Assembly (NCBI GenBank): GCA_964016885.1 | Contig: CAXHJY010000701.1 | Coordinates: forward strand, 1-64,000 | DNA length: 64,000 bases | Source of the DNA: Eledone cirrhosa | Taxonomy: Eukaryota | Direction of reading: 5' to 3' | Shown here: positions 42,652-60,846 of the stretch, piece after piece | Layout: each line of letters starts with the position of its first letter | How positions within the stretch are numbered: the stretch's first letter is position 1 | Notes under the pieces: model-generated | Databases searched by the model: none | Told to the model about the DNA's origin: nothing | Seen by the model: the letters and a program-made list of their open reading frames with translations, nothing else | Program-made: the position numbers and the translations under genes

Positions 42652-42838
42652 GTGGATTGGCAGTATCGGAAGAGGGTCGGACGCCATGCTTTGACGCATA
42701 GTGTTACGGCCCTTGCCATTCTGAGTTCAAATCCCGCCGAGGTTAACTTTGCCTTTCATCCTTACGGGGTCGATAAAATAAAGTACCAGTAATACACTGT
42801 GATAATGGCTGGCCTTGTGCCTAAAGTAGAAACAATTA
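42652..42838 (+). mobile_element. SINE family A (further copies at 48413-48600, 50490-50602, 54210-54345 minus, 56680-56785 minus)
   Basis: Consensus match. Confidence 0.85.
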
Positions 42839-42979
42839 TATATCAGAACCCTAGTCTGCCGATGCTTACTAGCTCTATACGGACGTTTAAATTGGTTAAA
42901 CACTTAAATAAATAATTGAATAAATAAGAGTATGGTGATGATGTTGAAAATGATAATGATGATGGCGGTGGTGATGATA

Positions 42980-43010
<31 letters not shown>

Positions 43011-43502
43011 AGATGATGATGATGATGATGATGATGATGTTGATGATGATGAGATGATGATGATGATGATGAGATGTGCACACAATCAGTGCTCTCATGT
43101 ATATATATGTATGTATGTAAGTATGGATGGATGTAACTATGTATGTATGTATGTATGTATGGATGGATGTAAGTATGCATGTATGTATGTATGTATGTAT
43201 GTATGTATGTATGCATGTATGTATGTATGTATGTATGTATGTATGTATGTGTGTGTGTATGTATGTGTGTGTGTATGTATGTATGGATGGATGTAAGTAT
43301 GTATGTATGTATGTATGTATGTATGTATGTATGTCTGTATGTATATATGTCTATATGTATGTATGTTTGTTTGTATGTGTCTATATATAAATTATTTTCC
43401 GAAGAGGGTCTGGAAAAAGTCATTGTTAAATAAGGTATACAGTACATTCTAAGTATATATCCATCCATCCATCCATACATACATACATACATACATATAT
43501 AC

Positions 43503-43580
<78 letters not shown>

Positions 43581-43589
43581 TTGTGTAAG

Positions 43590-43627
<38 letters not shown>

Positions 43628-43631
43628 TATG

Positions 43632-43683
<52 letters not shown>

Positions 43684-43690
<7 letters not shown>

Positions 43691-44078
43691 TTGAGGCTTA
43701 TTTTACAAAATGAAAAATAACCGAGGTGTCCTACACGAGTGAAAGTATAAAGAAAAAAAGATGAAATCGAAAATGCAACTGGAGTCTTATTTAAAAAAAA
43801 TATATATATATTTATTTGGTTCCTTTACCGGTTTCGGAGTCCTTCTGCTTTTCAAAAGTAGAGTTGAGATGTAGGGTCTGTGGTTTTTCTCACCAAAAGT
43901 AGAGTTGAGATGAAGGGTCTGTGGTTTTTCTCACAGATGTGAGAAAAACCACAGACCCTCCATCTCAACTCTACTTTTGAAAAGCAGAAGAACTGCGAAA
44001 CCGGTAAAGGAACCAAATAAATATATATATATTTTTTTTAATAAGACTCCAGTTGCATTTTCGATTTCATCTTTTTTT

Positions 44079-44083
<5 letters not shown>
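43684..44083. mobile_element. Family E fold-back with U3-A8 HHR-like motif (43974-44009)
   Basis: Centre tctcacagatgtgaga; CTT-TTGAAAA-GCAG(aagaa)CTGC-GAAACCGGTA^AAG. Confidence 0.7.
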
Positions 44084-44107
<24 letters not shown>

Positions 44108-44109
<2 letters not shown>

Positions 44110-44287
44110 ACGAAGGAATTGTGGTAGGAACCAGATGGACCATAACGCACCAAAGTACTCAATACTTAGGGTAGTAGAGTGGGTAATAGGAACAAGTATG
44201 ACCCCGATGGCAGAGCTCAAGCCGTTTCGACGGCTAATTAGCCGTCGAAAGGGCTTGAGCTCTGCCGTCGGTGTCAACTTGTTCCTA
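44108..44287 (-). mobile_element. Family B fold-back with tail
   Basis: Centre gacggctaattagccgtc. Confidence 0.8.
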
Positions 44288-44757
44288 AATATTTATATAT
44301 ATATATATATATAAAGAGTGAGAGAGAGAGAGAGTGGGAGAGAGAGAGAGAGAGACATATGGTCTCCTTATCTCTAGTGAGACCATGAGACAAGGCAAGT
44401 TAGTCATCCATCTATCCACCCATGTATATATCATTCAAGCACTCCATATTCCTAAGACAGAGTTACAGTCCAACATTGAGGTAAGATATGATAATGAGTG
44501 GCACCAGTGTTGTGGCCCTTGAATGGAGAAAGAGCCGAAATAAATACGAGGGTCTCTCAGGTCACAGGTTCAACACAATACACAGGAACTGGTATTGAGC
44601 TTAGCGAGGTAACCGAAGAAATAAGTGACAAGTATATCAAGATACTCAAAACACGAAACAAACTCGCACACATAAATATATAGCATAAATATTTGTTTAC
44701 ATATATATTTATATATATATATACATGTATGTATATATATATATATATGAGTGTATA

Positions 44758-44817
<60 letters not shown>

Positions 44818-44854
44818 AGTGTGCGTATATATATATATAAATATGTATGTATGC

Positions 44855-44929
<75 letters not shown>

Positions 44930-45063
44930 TGTGTGTGTGGGTGTAATATATATATAAATATATTATATATATATATATGCATGTATATATATATACATAT
45001 ATATATATATGCTTATATACATATTTATTTACATATATGTAAATATAGATTTGTGTATATACA

Positions 45064-45295
<232 letters not shown>

Positions 45296-45296
45296 C

Positions 45297-45471
<175 letters not shown>

Positions 45472-45770
45472 TGTATACACACCTCTTCAACAGTCGGTGT
45501 GTTCGCCACATTCATATTCGATCAGCGGATGTTGGTATTTATTAAATACACGAACTACAAAGTCTTCTGAATTACTAGTTCTAGGTGATGGGCATATCTG
45601 GAACGTCTTTAATTTTAGCTCAAACTTAATATACTTAACCACACAGAGACACATGTAACCAAATATATATATATATATAAAATATATATATATATATTTA
45701 TATTCTTATTGATATACTCTATGAATTCAAATGTATATATATATATATATATATATACACATACATTTGA

Positions 45771-45804
<34 letters not shown>

Positions 45805-45816
45805 GTGTTTGTGTGT

Positions 45817-45853
<37 letters not shown>

Positions 45854-45933
45854 TATTCGTTAAGAAGGGCTTCAGCCGGTCGGGTGGAATAGGCAAAATG
45901 AATAAAAGAATATGTACATACGCGTACACTCAA

Positions 45934-45976
<43 letters not shown>

Positions 45977-46088
45977 CAGTATATATATATATGTGAGGAT
46001 GTTAATGTCTAAATGCTCTGCAATCAGTGTATTCGCCTGTGTCTATAATTATGTATACACCCAGGCAGAGGCGAACTCACAAATACCA

Positions 46089-46139
<51 letters not shown>

Positions 46140-46232
46140 GTATATATATGTATAGAAATATATATATTTACATATTTCAACATTTATATATATAACTATA
46201 TCTATACATATACACACATATATATATGGACT

Positions 46233-46265
<33 letters not shown>

Positions 46266-46279
46266 ATATATATGTATGC

Positions 46280-46384
<105 letters not shown>

Positions 46385-46489
46385 AGGAGAGAGAGAGAAC
46401 GAGAAAGAAATATATAGAAATATATAGATATTTTGATAGATATATACAAACTGTCAAACTTGCGTATGCGCACGTGTGTGTATGTATTC

Positions 46490-46860
46490 ATGTATACATA
46501 TCCATGTATACATATTTATGCATACATATCCATGTATACATATCCATGTATACATATCCATGTATACATATCCATGTATACATATCCATATATACATATC
46601 CATGTATACATATTTATGCATACATATCCATATATACATATCCATGTATACATATTCATGCATACATATCGATGTATACATATCCATATATACACATCTA
46701 TGTACACAAAATCATGAATACATATCCATGTACACATATTCATGCATACATATCGATGTATACATATCCATATATACATATCTATGTACACATATTCATG
46801 CATACATATCCATGTATACATATCCAAGCATAAATATTCATGCATACATATCCATATACA
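46490..46860. repeat. Degenerate ~14-bp minisatellite (tatccatgtataca)
   Basis: Direct reading. Confidence 0.8.
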
Positions 46861-47252
46861 CGTTCATACATTCACGTAGAAAAATACATACTATATGACA
46901 ACGATTATTTAAAACACAAACCAATAAAAGATATTCTCAAAAATATGAAAATTAGAACGTCTTCTTAATCAATAAATAAAAGTGGAATATTTTTTCTTGA
47001 AATTATAGGAACTTCCTGCTAGACGTCGTGCTTAGCAATAAATTGTTGTAGTGGTAATAATTTGGATGTCATTGGAGAATTTTTAAGTTGATGTTTGAAT
47101 GTAATTTCAGAATTTCAGCACGGAGGTGTGGTGAACAGACATTCAGTAATGGAATCATAATGTTCACCAAGCAACATGAATAAGTATGTTGTTGTTTAAT
47201 ATATAACTGTGTTGGTGATGTTTGTGTACGTGTGTGTGTGTGTATGTGTGTG

Positions 47253-47312
<60 letters not shown>

Positions 47313-47432
47313 TGTGTATGTGTGTGTGTGTGTGTGTGTGAGTGTGTGTGTATACGTACACTGTTGTGTGTGTGTGTGTATATACGTACGTGTGTGTGTG
47401 CGTGATGGTGTGTGCGGTTATATATATATATT

Positions 47433-47590
<158 letters not shown>

Positions 47591-47655
47591 TATATACCCA
47601 TCCACCCACATAGACACAATCACACACGTATATATGCATATATATATATGTATAC

Positions 47656-47694
<39 letters not shown>

Positions 47695-47734
47695 TATATA
47701 TATTATGCATGTATGTGTATCTTATATATATGCA

Positions 47735-47770
<36 letters not shown>

Positions 47771-47889
47771 CATATCGATATGTATACATATACATACATA
47801 CAGAAAAACACACCCACAGCCATAGACGCACCTACACACATATAAATACATACATACATATAATATGTATATATACATACATACAGACA

Positions 47890-47924
<35 letters not shown>

Positions 47925-48035
47925 CAGTTAATCCCACTACAAGAACATATTTAATTATTCATGCCACGTGGACTGTATTCCATTATTATATATATTATTT
48001 ACCACACCTCATTCTGAAATTACATATTTGCATAC

Positions 48036-48148
<113 letters not shown>

Positions 48149-48205
48149 CATATATATACATATAAATAAATATATATATGCATATAAATAATATATATAT
48201 ATATA

Positions 48206-48312
<107 letters not shown>

Positions 48313-48743
48313 ATATATATATATATATTTATATGTGGGAATAAATAGATATATATATATGTATGTAAGTATATATATTTATATATATATATATATATAC
48401 TTATTATTATTATTGGATTGGCAGTATCGCTAGAGGGTCGGACGCCATGCTTTGGTGCATAGAGTTACGACCCTTGCCATTCTGAGTTCAAATCCCGCCG
48501 AGGTTAACTTTGCCTTTCGTCCTTCGGGGGTCGATAAAATAAAGTACTAGTAATGTACTGGGTGATTTGCTGACCTTGTGCCTAACGTAGAAACAATTAT
48601 TATTAATATTATTATTATTATTATTACTATATATAAATATATATATATATAACTGTATATATATATACATATATACATATATATATATACCTGTATATAT
48701 ATGTGTGTATATATTCATATATATAAATATATGTATATCTATG

Positions 48744-48809
<66 letters not shown>

Positions 48810-49355
48810 CATTTATATACATACATATGTTTATATACACACATATCCTTACCTATATACATATCTCTCTCTCTCTCTATATATATATATAGATATATAT
48901 AGTACATCTGTTCTCCCATCGCATTGTTGTTGACGACAACAGTGGTTAAATACACCCTGATAAACACACATAGACATACCCACACATATATAATTGTGTA
49001 TGTGTCTATATGTATTCATGTGTATGTATATATGTATATATAAATATAAGTATATATATGTTTATATATATATATTTATAAACGTGCGTGCTTTATAATA
49101 TATTTATATATATATATACTCTCACACACATACACACACACATATAATTATGTATATAAATGTATGTATGTTTGTATATATATATATATATATATATCCA
49201 ATGGTCAATATATACATATATATATATATATATACATATATATTAATAAATACATATATATATACATATGTATGTATATACATATGTATATCTATATACA
49301 TATGTATATATATAGAGAGAGAGAGAAAGAGATTCACACATAATTATCATAATTA

Positions 49356-49399
<44 letters not shown>

Positions 49400-49469
49400 A
49401 TTAAGTCAAATATGTAAAATTTGACTTCCTGTATTACTATATACATATATATATATACATATATATACA

Positions 49470-51597
<2,128 letters not shown>

Positions 51598-52629
51598 TAT
51601 TTATATATATATATATATATATGCATCTATATCTTTGTTTTGTAATATATGCATATCCGATTATGTAAATACAATAGAATAATTAGTCATACAGGTTTTC
51701 TTTCGTTAAATAAATATTTCTGCATACCTTGCGGTCCTAATACTCTCAGGTATTTTCCTGGATGTGTATCATTTAACATTTTCCTCACAGAAATACATTC
51801 TTAATGACTTTATTTATTTGAAATATTTGCGGCCTAATTTCCTTTTATATTTCGGAATTTCAATTGTTTTGCAAATGGCCATAAATGAAATCCTAAGCAA
51901 TTATATCGAGAATTAGTCAGTTTAGCAATTCCAAATCACATATATCTCTAGAGGGAAGGATTTTTACCAAGCCCTTGCAAATCGTTCGACATTAGTGATA
52001 CAGTTACAGTTTATTTTTGCCTGAAACATTTACAAATTAGTTGATGCTGGAAAATTACATGGACATGGATGAATAAGGAAGGTTTGTTATTTAGTCACCT
52101 TCCATTGAAGTCCTAAGCAAGAACGAATTCCACTGATGTCATTTTGCTTTTCATAACGCTGTGCTGTTTGAAATAAACGAAAATCATTTATTAAGAACGA
52201 TTATATAGACTGTATTTCGCTGCTAAACTCTTTCTCATGATACCAATATAATAAACCATTAGTACTACAATTGTGTATTTCGGGATGTGATTGCATCTAG
52301 AACTAGAAGCGACAAAATACCCCCCCCCCCCCATGTAGTTAGATGCTACAGCTCTAATATTGATAGCTACTCTTTGAATCCGTGTGTGTGTGTGCCGTTG
52401 TATGTATATGTTTTGTGTGTATGTGTGTATATTTGTGTGTGAGTGTGAGTGTTTGTTTGTAAGTCTCTGTTTCTGTCTTAGCACGGGGAAAACAACAACA
52501 AAATATTCTATTAATTTGACCTCACTACATGACTGGTACAATATTTTACCAACCATGGGAGGATGGAAGGGAAAGTTGGCACTAACATGTTTAGAGTTCT
52601 AACCGTAAAGTGCGAAACTTAATTACAGG

Positions 52630-54152
52630 AAAGTCTTTGACCATTATAGCAAACTCTTTGACCATTATAGAAAAGTCTTTGACCATTACAGCAAACTCTT
52701 TGACCATTACAGTAAACTCTTTGACCATTACAGCAAACTCTTTGACCATTATAGCAAACTCTTTGACCATTACAGTAAACTCTTTGACCATTATAGCAAA
52801 CTCTTTGACCATTATAGCAAACTCTTTGACCATTACAGCAAACTCTTTGACCATTACAGTAAACTCTTTGACCATTATAGCAAACTCTTTGACCATTATA
52901 GCAAACTCTTTGACCATTACAGCAAACTCTTTGACCATTACAGCAAACTCTGACTATTACAGTAAACTCTTTGACCATTACAGCAAACTCTTTGACCATT
53001 ACAGCAAACTCTTTGACCATTACAGCAAACTCTTTGACCATTACAGCAAACTCTGACTATTACAGTAAACTCTTTGACCATTACAGCAAACTCTTTGACC
53101 ATTACAGCAAAGTCTTTGACCATTACAGTAAACTCTTTGACTATTACAGTAAACTCTTTGACCATTACAGCAAACTCTTTGACCATTACAGCAAAGTCTT
53201 TGACCATTACACCAAACTCTTTGACCATTACAGCAAACACTTTGACCATTACAGCAAATTATTTGACCATTACAGCAAACTCTTTGACCATTATAGCAAC
53301 CTCTTTGACCATTACAGCAAACTCTTTGACCATTACAGCAAATTATTTGACCATTACAGCAAACTCTTTGACTATTATAGTAAACTCTTTGACCATTATA
53401 GCAAACTCTTTGACCATTACAGCAAACTCTTTGACCATTACAGCAAACTCTTTGACTATTACAGCAAACTCTTTGACCATTACAGCAAACTCTTTGACCA
53501 TTATAGCAAACTCTTTGACCATTACAGCAAACTCTTTGACCATTACAGCAAAGTCTTTGACTATTACAGTAAAATCTTTGACAATTACAGCAAATTCTTT
53601 GACCATTACAGCAAACTCTTTGACTATTACAGTAAACTCTTTGACCATTATAGAAAACTCTTTGACCATTACAGCAAACTCTTTGACCATTACAGCAAAC
53701 TCTTTGACCATTACAGCAAACTCTTTGACCATTACAGCAAACTCTTTGACTATTACAGTAAACTCTTTGACCATTATAGTAAACTCTTTGACCATTACAG
53801 AAAACTCTTTGACCATTACAGCAAACTCTTTGACCATTACAGCAAACTTTTTTACTATTACAGCAAATTCTTTGACCATTACAGCAAACTCTTTGACCAT
53901 TATAGTAAACTATTTGACTATTACAGCAAATTCTTTGACCATTATAGCAAACTCTTTGACCATTACAGCAAACTCTTTGACCATTACAGCAAACTCTTTG
54001 ACCATTACAGCAAACTTTTTTACTATTACAGCAAATTCTTTGACCATTACAGCAAACTCTTTGACCATTATAGTAAACTATTTGACAATTAAAGCAAATT
54101 CTTTGACCATTATAGCAAACTCTTTGACCATTACAGCAAATTCTTTGACCAA
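52630..54152. repeat. 21-bp minisatellite (ctttgaccattacagcaaact), about 72 copies
   Basis: Direct reading. It produces the periodic NSLTITA / YSKLFDH / MVKEFAV pseudo-ORFs. Confidence 0.95.
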
Positions 54153-54601
54153 TTATTCCTGAGCTATGTTAAGCCCTGGCCCATTTTTTCTAATGATAAT
54201 GGTTACAGACATAGGCACAAGGCTAACAGTTTGGGGAGAGTGTAATGTTGATTGAATCGACCCAATCTCGTTACTGGTACTTTATTTTATTGGCCCCGTC
54301 AGGATGAAAAGCAAAGCTACCCTCGGTGGGATTTGAACTCAGAACGTTTTATAGATATACACTTTAGTCGAACGTCAACTGTTACATATTGTAAATCTCC
54401 AGTTTCATATTCGCAGTAAATATCTTACTCTTTATCTCTGTTTCATACACACATGCGCATGCGCAATGACGTACATACAAAGAAGCACACACACATACAC
54501 ACACATTTATAATATATGTATGTGTGCTTGTATGTCTATGTGTATTTGAATGCGGTGCATATATATATATATATATATACTAGGAGAGAAAAAATTCAGT
54601 T

Positions 54602-54634
<33 letters not shown>

Positions 54635-54680
54635 ATATATCTATGTATATATCTATATCTATATATCTACATATGTATGT

Positions 54681-54837
<157 letters not shown>

Positions 54838-56228
54838 CGTGTATATATATATATATGCTGTACAATTCGAAGCCACAATGACTGATTTATGGAATGTACA
54901 TCAGACGAAATTACTTTTACCAATGGTGTCAAATTTATACTTTGAAGAATGTGAATATTATTCTATACACTGTGACAAGTAAGAATAGCCTCTACTTACT
55001 AAGATTCTGATATTTAAGTGTATCCTACGTCTGATTTCTTAATCTTGTTTGCTAGGTTAGTTGAGACGGCAATTAAAGGATAACGTGATTTAGCTAAATT
55101 TAGCCGTCGAACATTCTAGCCCGTGGTATTGAATTGCTAGATTCCTAGACCTTTGTACATAGAATAATCATGTAGAAATAGAGGCTTATTAATACAACAG
55201 TATTTGATATTTATATAATATTTAGTAATATAAGACAACGACGCCATTTTTACTAGACGGAAATTTATATACTTTCTAACAGTAGATATTCTAAGTTGAT
55301 ATGGTAACTTGGCTCAATTGTAACTTGGCTCAATGATGGTATTTTAACTTAAATAAATTATACTAAGACTAAATAAATATACGGAGTCATGACTGTGTGT
55401 ATTCAGACTCTGAGAGTCTCTTTAGCTAGATTAAATACATAGAGGTATGACTTCATATAATCTGTTTAAAGTTAGTGCTAACACAGCAAGTTTCAGAATA
55501 AAAGAATACGTGCTCCCATATACAATATGTTTGTGTGTGACAGCTCACACCTATGCAGGTTTAGCTGGCCTCGTAGGAGGTGTTTTGCGTGATTTAATGA
55601 TAGGGACCCCAGTCTTATCATCTCATTTCTACAGCTGAGTAAACTGGAGCAACGTGAAATAAAGTGTCTCGCTCAAGGAAACAACACATCATCCGGTCCG
55701 AAAATTGAACTCACAACATTTCGATTGCAAGCTCAATGTTCTAACCACTAAGCCATGTACCTTCACATAATAAACATATATCTAATCTCGCTGTGAGTAT
55801 TAAGTTACTTTGAGTAGTTAACATATCACAGCTACTTCAGCAACCAGGGTAAGAACTGTGGATGCATGTCAATTATTGTACATATCAGGATGTTGCACTC
55901 ACTCACATGTGCTGAACTCTGGAAGATAATAACTCTTTATAGATAGAACTTTATGTACAATATTCAATAACAGCACCAAGTGTGTGGGACCTGTTAGAAG
56001 CCGAAATACTCAGAGTGAGTTATGATGTATTGTATGGTTAATATATATAAAATATATATAAAAATAAACTTATTTGAGTTCATATACACCTTTACTCCGT
56101 ATAATCTTTATACTCGACATCAAGGCTGTTTTAATAATACAAGGCAACAAATGTGGCATTTGAAAACAGTTGGAGCCCATTACTCTCCATGTCAGAACTG
56201 TACCGATTTCTTAGAGAGAGACAGAGTG

Positions 56229-56305
<77 letters not shown>

Positions 56306-56425
56306 GATAGAAATAGAGTGAGAATGTGTGTGTGTGTATGAGAGAGAGAGAGTGAGATAGAGAGACAGAGGGAGACAGAGGGACACAGAGGGAGATAGCA
56401 ATAGAGAGAGAATGTGTCTGTGTGT

Positions 56426-56486
<61 letters not shown>

Positions 56487-56534
56487 GGAGATAGCGATAG
56501 AGAGAGAATGTGTCTGTGTGTATATCAGAGAGAG

Positions 56535-56587
<53 letters not shown>

Positions 56588-56808
56588 TAGCGATAGAGAG
56601 AGAATGTGTCTGTGTGTGTATATCAGAGAGAGAGAGAGCGAGAGAGAGAGAGAGAGAGGGGGGGGGGTTAAATGAAATGATAAATACAAAGTTGACCTCG
56701 TCATTATTTGAACTCAGAACACACTGAACCAGAGCAAATCCTGCGACTCTCTTGATCCGACGTCTCTAACAAATTCGCCAGTTCTCTGCATAAAACCCGC
56801 AATATATT

Positions 56809-57475
56809 TTAACCCTTTATCATTTAAACCGGCCATATCCGGCCAGGATTTTCTCACCTCTTTCTGTTCAAACTGGCCATGACCGGCTGCTTATACTTAT
56901 GTTAAGGTATTGTTCTAAAAATAAATAATATTAAAATCTCATAGATTCGATATTATGTGAGGTAATTATGTGAGGTAAAGCCTTCACCGTGAAAATACAA
57001 TAATAAATATAGAGTAATGTAGATATTATGTGAGGTAATTATGTGAGGTAAAGCCTTCACCGTGAAAATACAATAATAAATATAGAGTAATGTAGATATT
57101 ATGTGAGGTAATTATGTGAGGTAAAGCCTTCACCGTGAAAATAAAATAATATATATAGAGTAATGTAGATATTATGTGAGGTAATTATGTGAGGTAAAGC
57201 CTTCACCGTGAAAATACAATAATAAATATAGAGTAATGCAGATATTATGTGAGGTAATTATGTAAGGTAAAGCCTTCACCATGAAAATACAATAATAAAT
57301 ATAGAGTAATGTAGATATTATGTGAGGTAATTATGTGAGGTAAAGGCTTCACCGTGAAAATACAATAATAAATATAGAGTAATGTAGATATTATGTGAGG
57401 TAATTACGTGAGGTAAAGCCTTCACCGTGAAAATACAATAATAAATATAGAGTAATGTAAATGCTAGAAGGCTAA
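56809..57475. mobile_element. piggyBac-like MITE containing a 7 x 73-bp tandem array (56951-57458)
   Basis: Left end ttaaccctttatcattta; right end taaatgctagaaggctaa (14/18 inverted match; TTAA-CCC start). Confidence 0.5.
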
Positions 57476-57764
57476 CACAGAAAATTTTTAAATGTCGGCA
57501 AGTTACAGCTGGAATAGATTTGATCATAGGTGTACCAACCAGATCAGTGCTGACTCCGGGTTAAACAACAATAACGCTAACATCAACAAGAAGAAGAACA
57601 ACAACAACAGCTGCACTATCAAGTAGACAATCATAGTTTGACCCTCCTAATGATGTTCAATGATAGAGGAGGGCCAATTATCCACACATCAGCAATGAAA
57701 TGTAAATAACAACTTCAAGATGATGTTGTCAGTGAAGTCATCAATTAACATCAATCTTCGTGTT

Positions 57765-58440
57765 AACAACAACAACAACAGCAACAGCAACAACAATAAC
57801 AACAACAACAACAGTACCAACAACAATAACAGCACCAACAACAATAACAGCGACAGCAATATCGACAACCACAACAACGACAACAACAACAGCAACAGTA
57901 ACAGCAACGGCAACGACAGCACCAACAACAATAACAGCGACAGCAATATCGACAACCACAACAACGACAACAACAACAACAGTAACAGTAACAGTAACGG
58001 CAACGACAACACCAACAACAATAACAGCGACAGCAATATCGACAACCACAACAACGACAACAAAAACAACAACAGTAACAGTAACAAAGATAACAACACC
58101 AACAACGACAACAGCAACAACAGTAACGATGACAACAACAACAACAACAACAACAACAACACTGACAACAAGAACGATGACAACAACAACGACAACAGCA
58201 ACAGCAACAAGGACGACAGCAACAACAACAACAACAACAACAACAACAAAAACAGCAGCAACAGTAATGACGACAACAGTAACAACAATGACAAAAACAA
58301 CAGCAACAACAACAACGACAACAAAAATAACAGCAACAGCAACGACATCATGAAGAAGAAGAAGAAGAAGAAGAAGAAGAAGAAGAAGAAGAAGAAGAAG
58401 AAGAAGAAGAACAACAACAACAACAACAACAATAACAACA
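57765..58440. repeat. Cryptic (AAC)n tract with internal ~90-bp duplications, then (AAG)n
   Basis: Repeated gcgacagcaatatcgacaaccacaacaacgac. Confidence 0.9.
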
Positions 58441-58871
58441 AGATTACAACCCTATTAATCATATGTCGTTGAAGCTACCCTCACAAATTCCGATATTTTA
58501 TTTTACGAGACGTCCATTTTGTTTTAGTCATAACTAACGGACGAAAGAGGCCATACTGGAGCGTAGCCTAAACTAATATTGAACGAATGAAATGTAAATA
58601 ATAGTTTCAGTTGACATTGACGATAAAGCCTAAATTTACACACCATACGGCATACACATCTACACTATATCTTCGTTGTGTGATATTTATTAACTTTCTT
58701 TCCACAATTCACTCCTACCACAGTTGCGGAATTTTATAATGACACGGCAAATATGAATACATACTTCACATTGGCTTGAAATATGACAAATATTTCTATT
58801 GTAATATATTGCTTTGTTCCCACGTCACCGTTTATTAATTTCTCGATTGATTTAAATGTTTATCCGTCCAC

Positions 58872-58934
<63 letters not shown>

Positions 58935-58987
58935 CCCCCTTTGTATTTGTCCCCTTCTTTTGTGCCCCTGTGGCTAAAAAAGAAACA

Positions 58988-59069
<82 letters not shown>

Positions 59070-59097
59070 CCTATCTATATATCTATATATCTATCTA

Positions 59098-59247
59098 TGG
59101 ACACACTGGTAGAGGAAGACCGAGGTTAACATATGTTGATGCCCTAAGGACAGACACTGGTCTCTTGGAGAAGCAGGGCATGGCAGCGATAATGAGGGAC
59201 AGAGACCGCTGGAGAGAACTCGTCCATGGATCTAGGGAATTTTATCC

Positions 59248-59252
<5 letters not shown>
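59098..59252 (+). mobile_element. Short 3' fragment of the same RTE-like LINE as 5570-6035
   Basis: GHTGRGRPRLTYVDALRTDTGLLEKQGMAAIMRDRDRWRELVHGSREFYPP. Confidence 0.85.
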
Positions 59253-59292
<40 letters not shown>

Positions 59293-59437
59293 TCTTTTAT
59301 TTTATTATCAATGGGTGATAATACCTTACGCGGACATGGGAGTGATAACAGCTGAGGGATAACTCCACATTCCCCACAGCTCCTGAACTCCCGAACTGGA
59401 GCCTTTCCACTGGAAGCAGTTTAATGTCATACCAAGG

Positions 59438-59468
<31 letters not shown>

Positions 59469-59473
59469 AATAT

Positions 59474-59569
<96 letters not shown>

Positions 59570-59791
59570 GGAGAGAAAGAGAGGGAGAGGGAGAGGCATA
59601 TATAGGTTTATATATATATCAGAGTGTAGGGATAATGTCCAATAATTGGAATATATCTAAAACCAATGTCCATTTATAAATACGTATATCAGGCGTAGAG
59701 CCATTATCAGCTATATTGACATTCTCGTACTTATATACACATACACAATTCACACGCACACACACACACACACATACACAATTCACACACA

Positions 59792-59838
<47 letters not shown>

Positions 59839-60100
59839 GTATATATATATTTATTTATATATCTATATATATATTTATACAAGCGTGCATACACAAACAT
59901 TGGCAAAGGTATACAGGAACAAAATATTGATGCGAATTTAGCGTCCCAGAGATCGATAGATGGATGGATAGGTTTATAGAAAACTACAAAAAACAAGGAG
60001 GGGTGGGGGACACAAAGAAAATAACAAAGCTTTTAATGTGAAACAGACACACCAATTTAGAGAGGAGAGGTGGGAGAGGGAATTTGTATGAAATAAAGTG

Positions 60101-60150
<50 letters not shown>

Positions 60151-60298
60151 TCCATCGTAACTAAAAGCAACGATTGTTGAGAGGTTTCTCTTGCTTACAC
60201 CTCTTTTAACCTAAACAATCTTTTCCGAACATATATATATATATATATATATATAACCACGCCCTTTTCTTTATATATATATATAACCACGCCCTTTT

Positions 60299-60364
<66 letters not shown>

Positions 60365-60366
<2 letters not shown>

Positions 60367-60846
60367 GAGAATAAATTCAAGGTGAAAGACGAATTCACAT
60401 CAATATCTTTCACTATTGCATTCTTTTTTCTATGTCCATACCTGCATTGTCTTGGCCTTATTACACATATTCTAACGTTTATATATATACGCTGGACTGA
60501 GACCTTTACTTCCCTCCGAAGAAGAGATATTATCTCGAAAATTAAGGACATTTAAATAAATTCAAGGTGAAAGACGAATTCACATCAATATCTTTCACTA
60601 TTGCATTCTTTTTTCTATGTCCATACCTGCATTGTCTTGGCCTTATTACACATATTCTAACGTTTATATATATACGCTGGACTGAGACCTTTACTTCCCT
60701 CCGAAGAAGAGATATTATCTCGAAAATTAAGGACATTTAAATAAATTCAAGGTGAAAGACGAATTCACATCAATATCTTTCACTATTGCATTCTTTTTTC
60801 TATGTCCATATCTGCATTGTCTTGGCCTTATTACACATATTCTAAC

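Noticed and set aside
56951-57458. Hammerhead in the 73-bp repeat
   Set aside because: There is a hairpin and GAAA, but no CUGANGA-like core or stem I/III geometry.
57720-58472. Asn-rich or Thr-rich protein ORFs
   Set aside because: Explained by (AAC)n/(AAG)n expansion; no splice or homology support.
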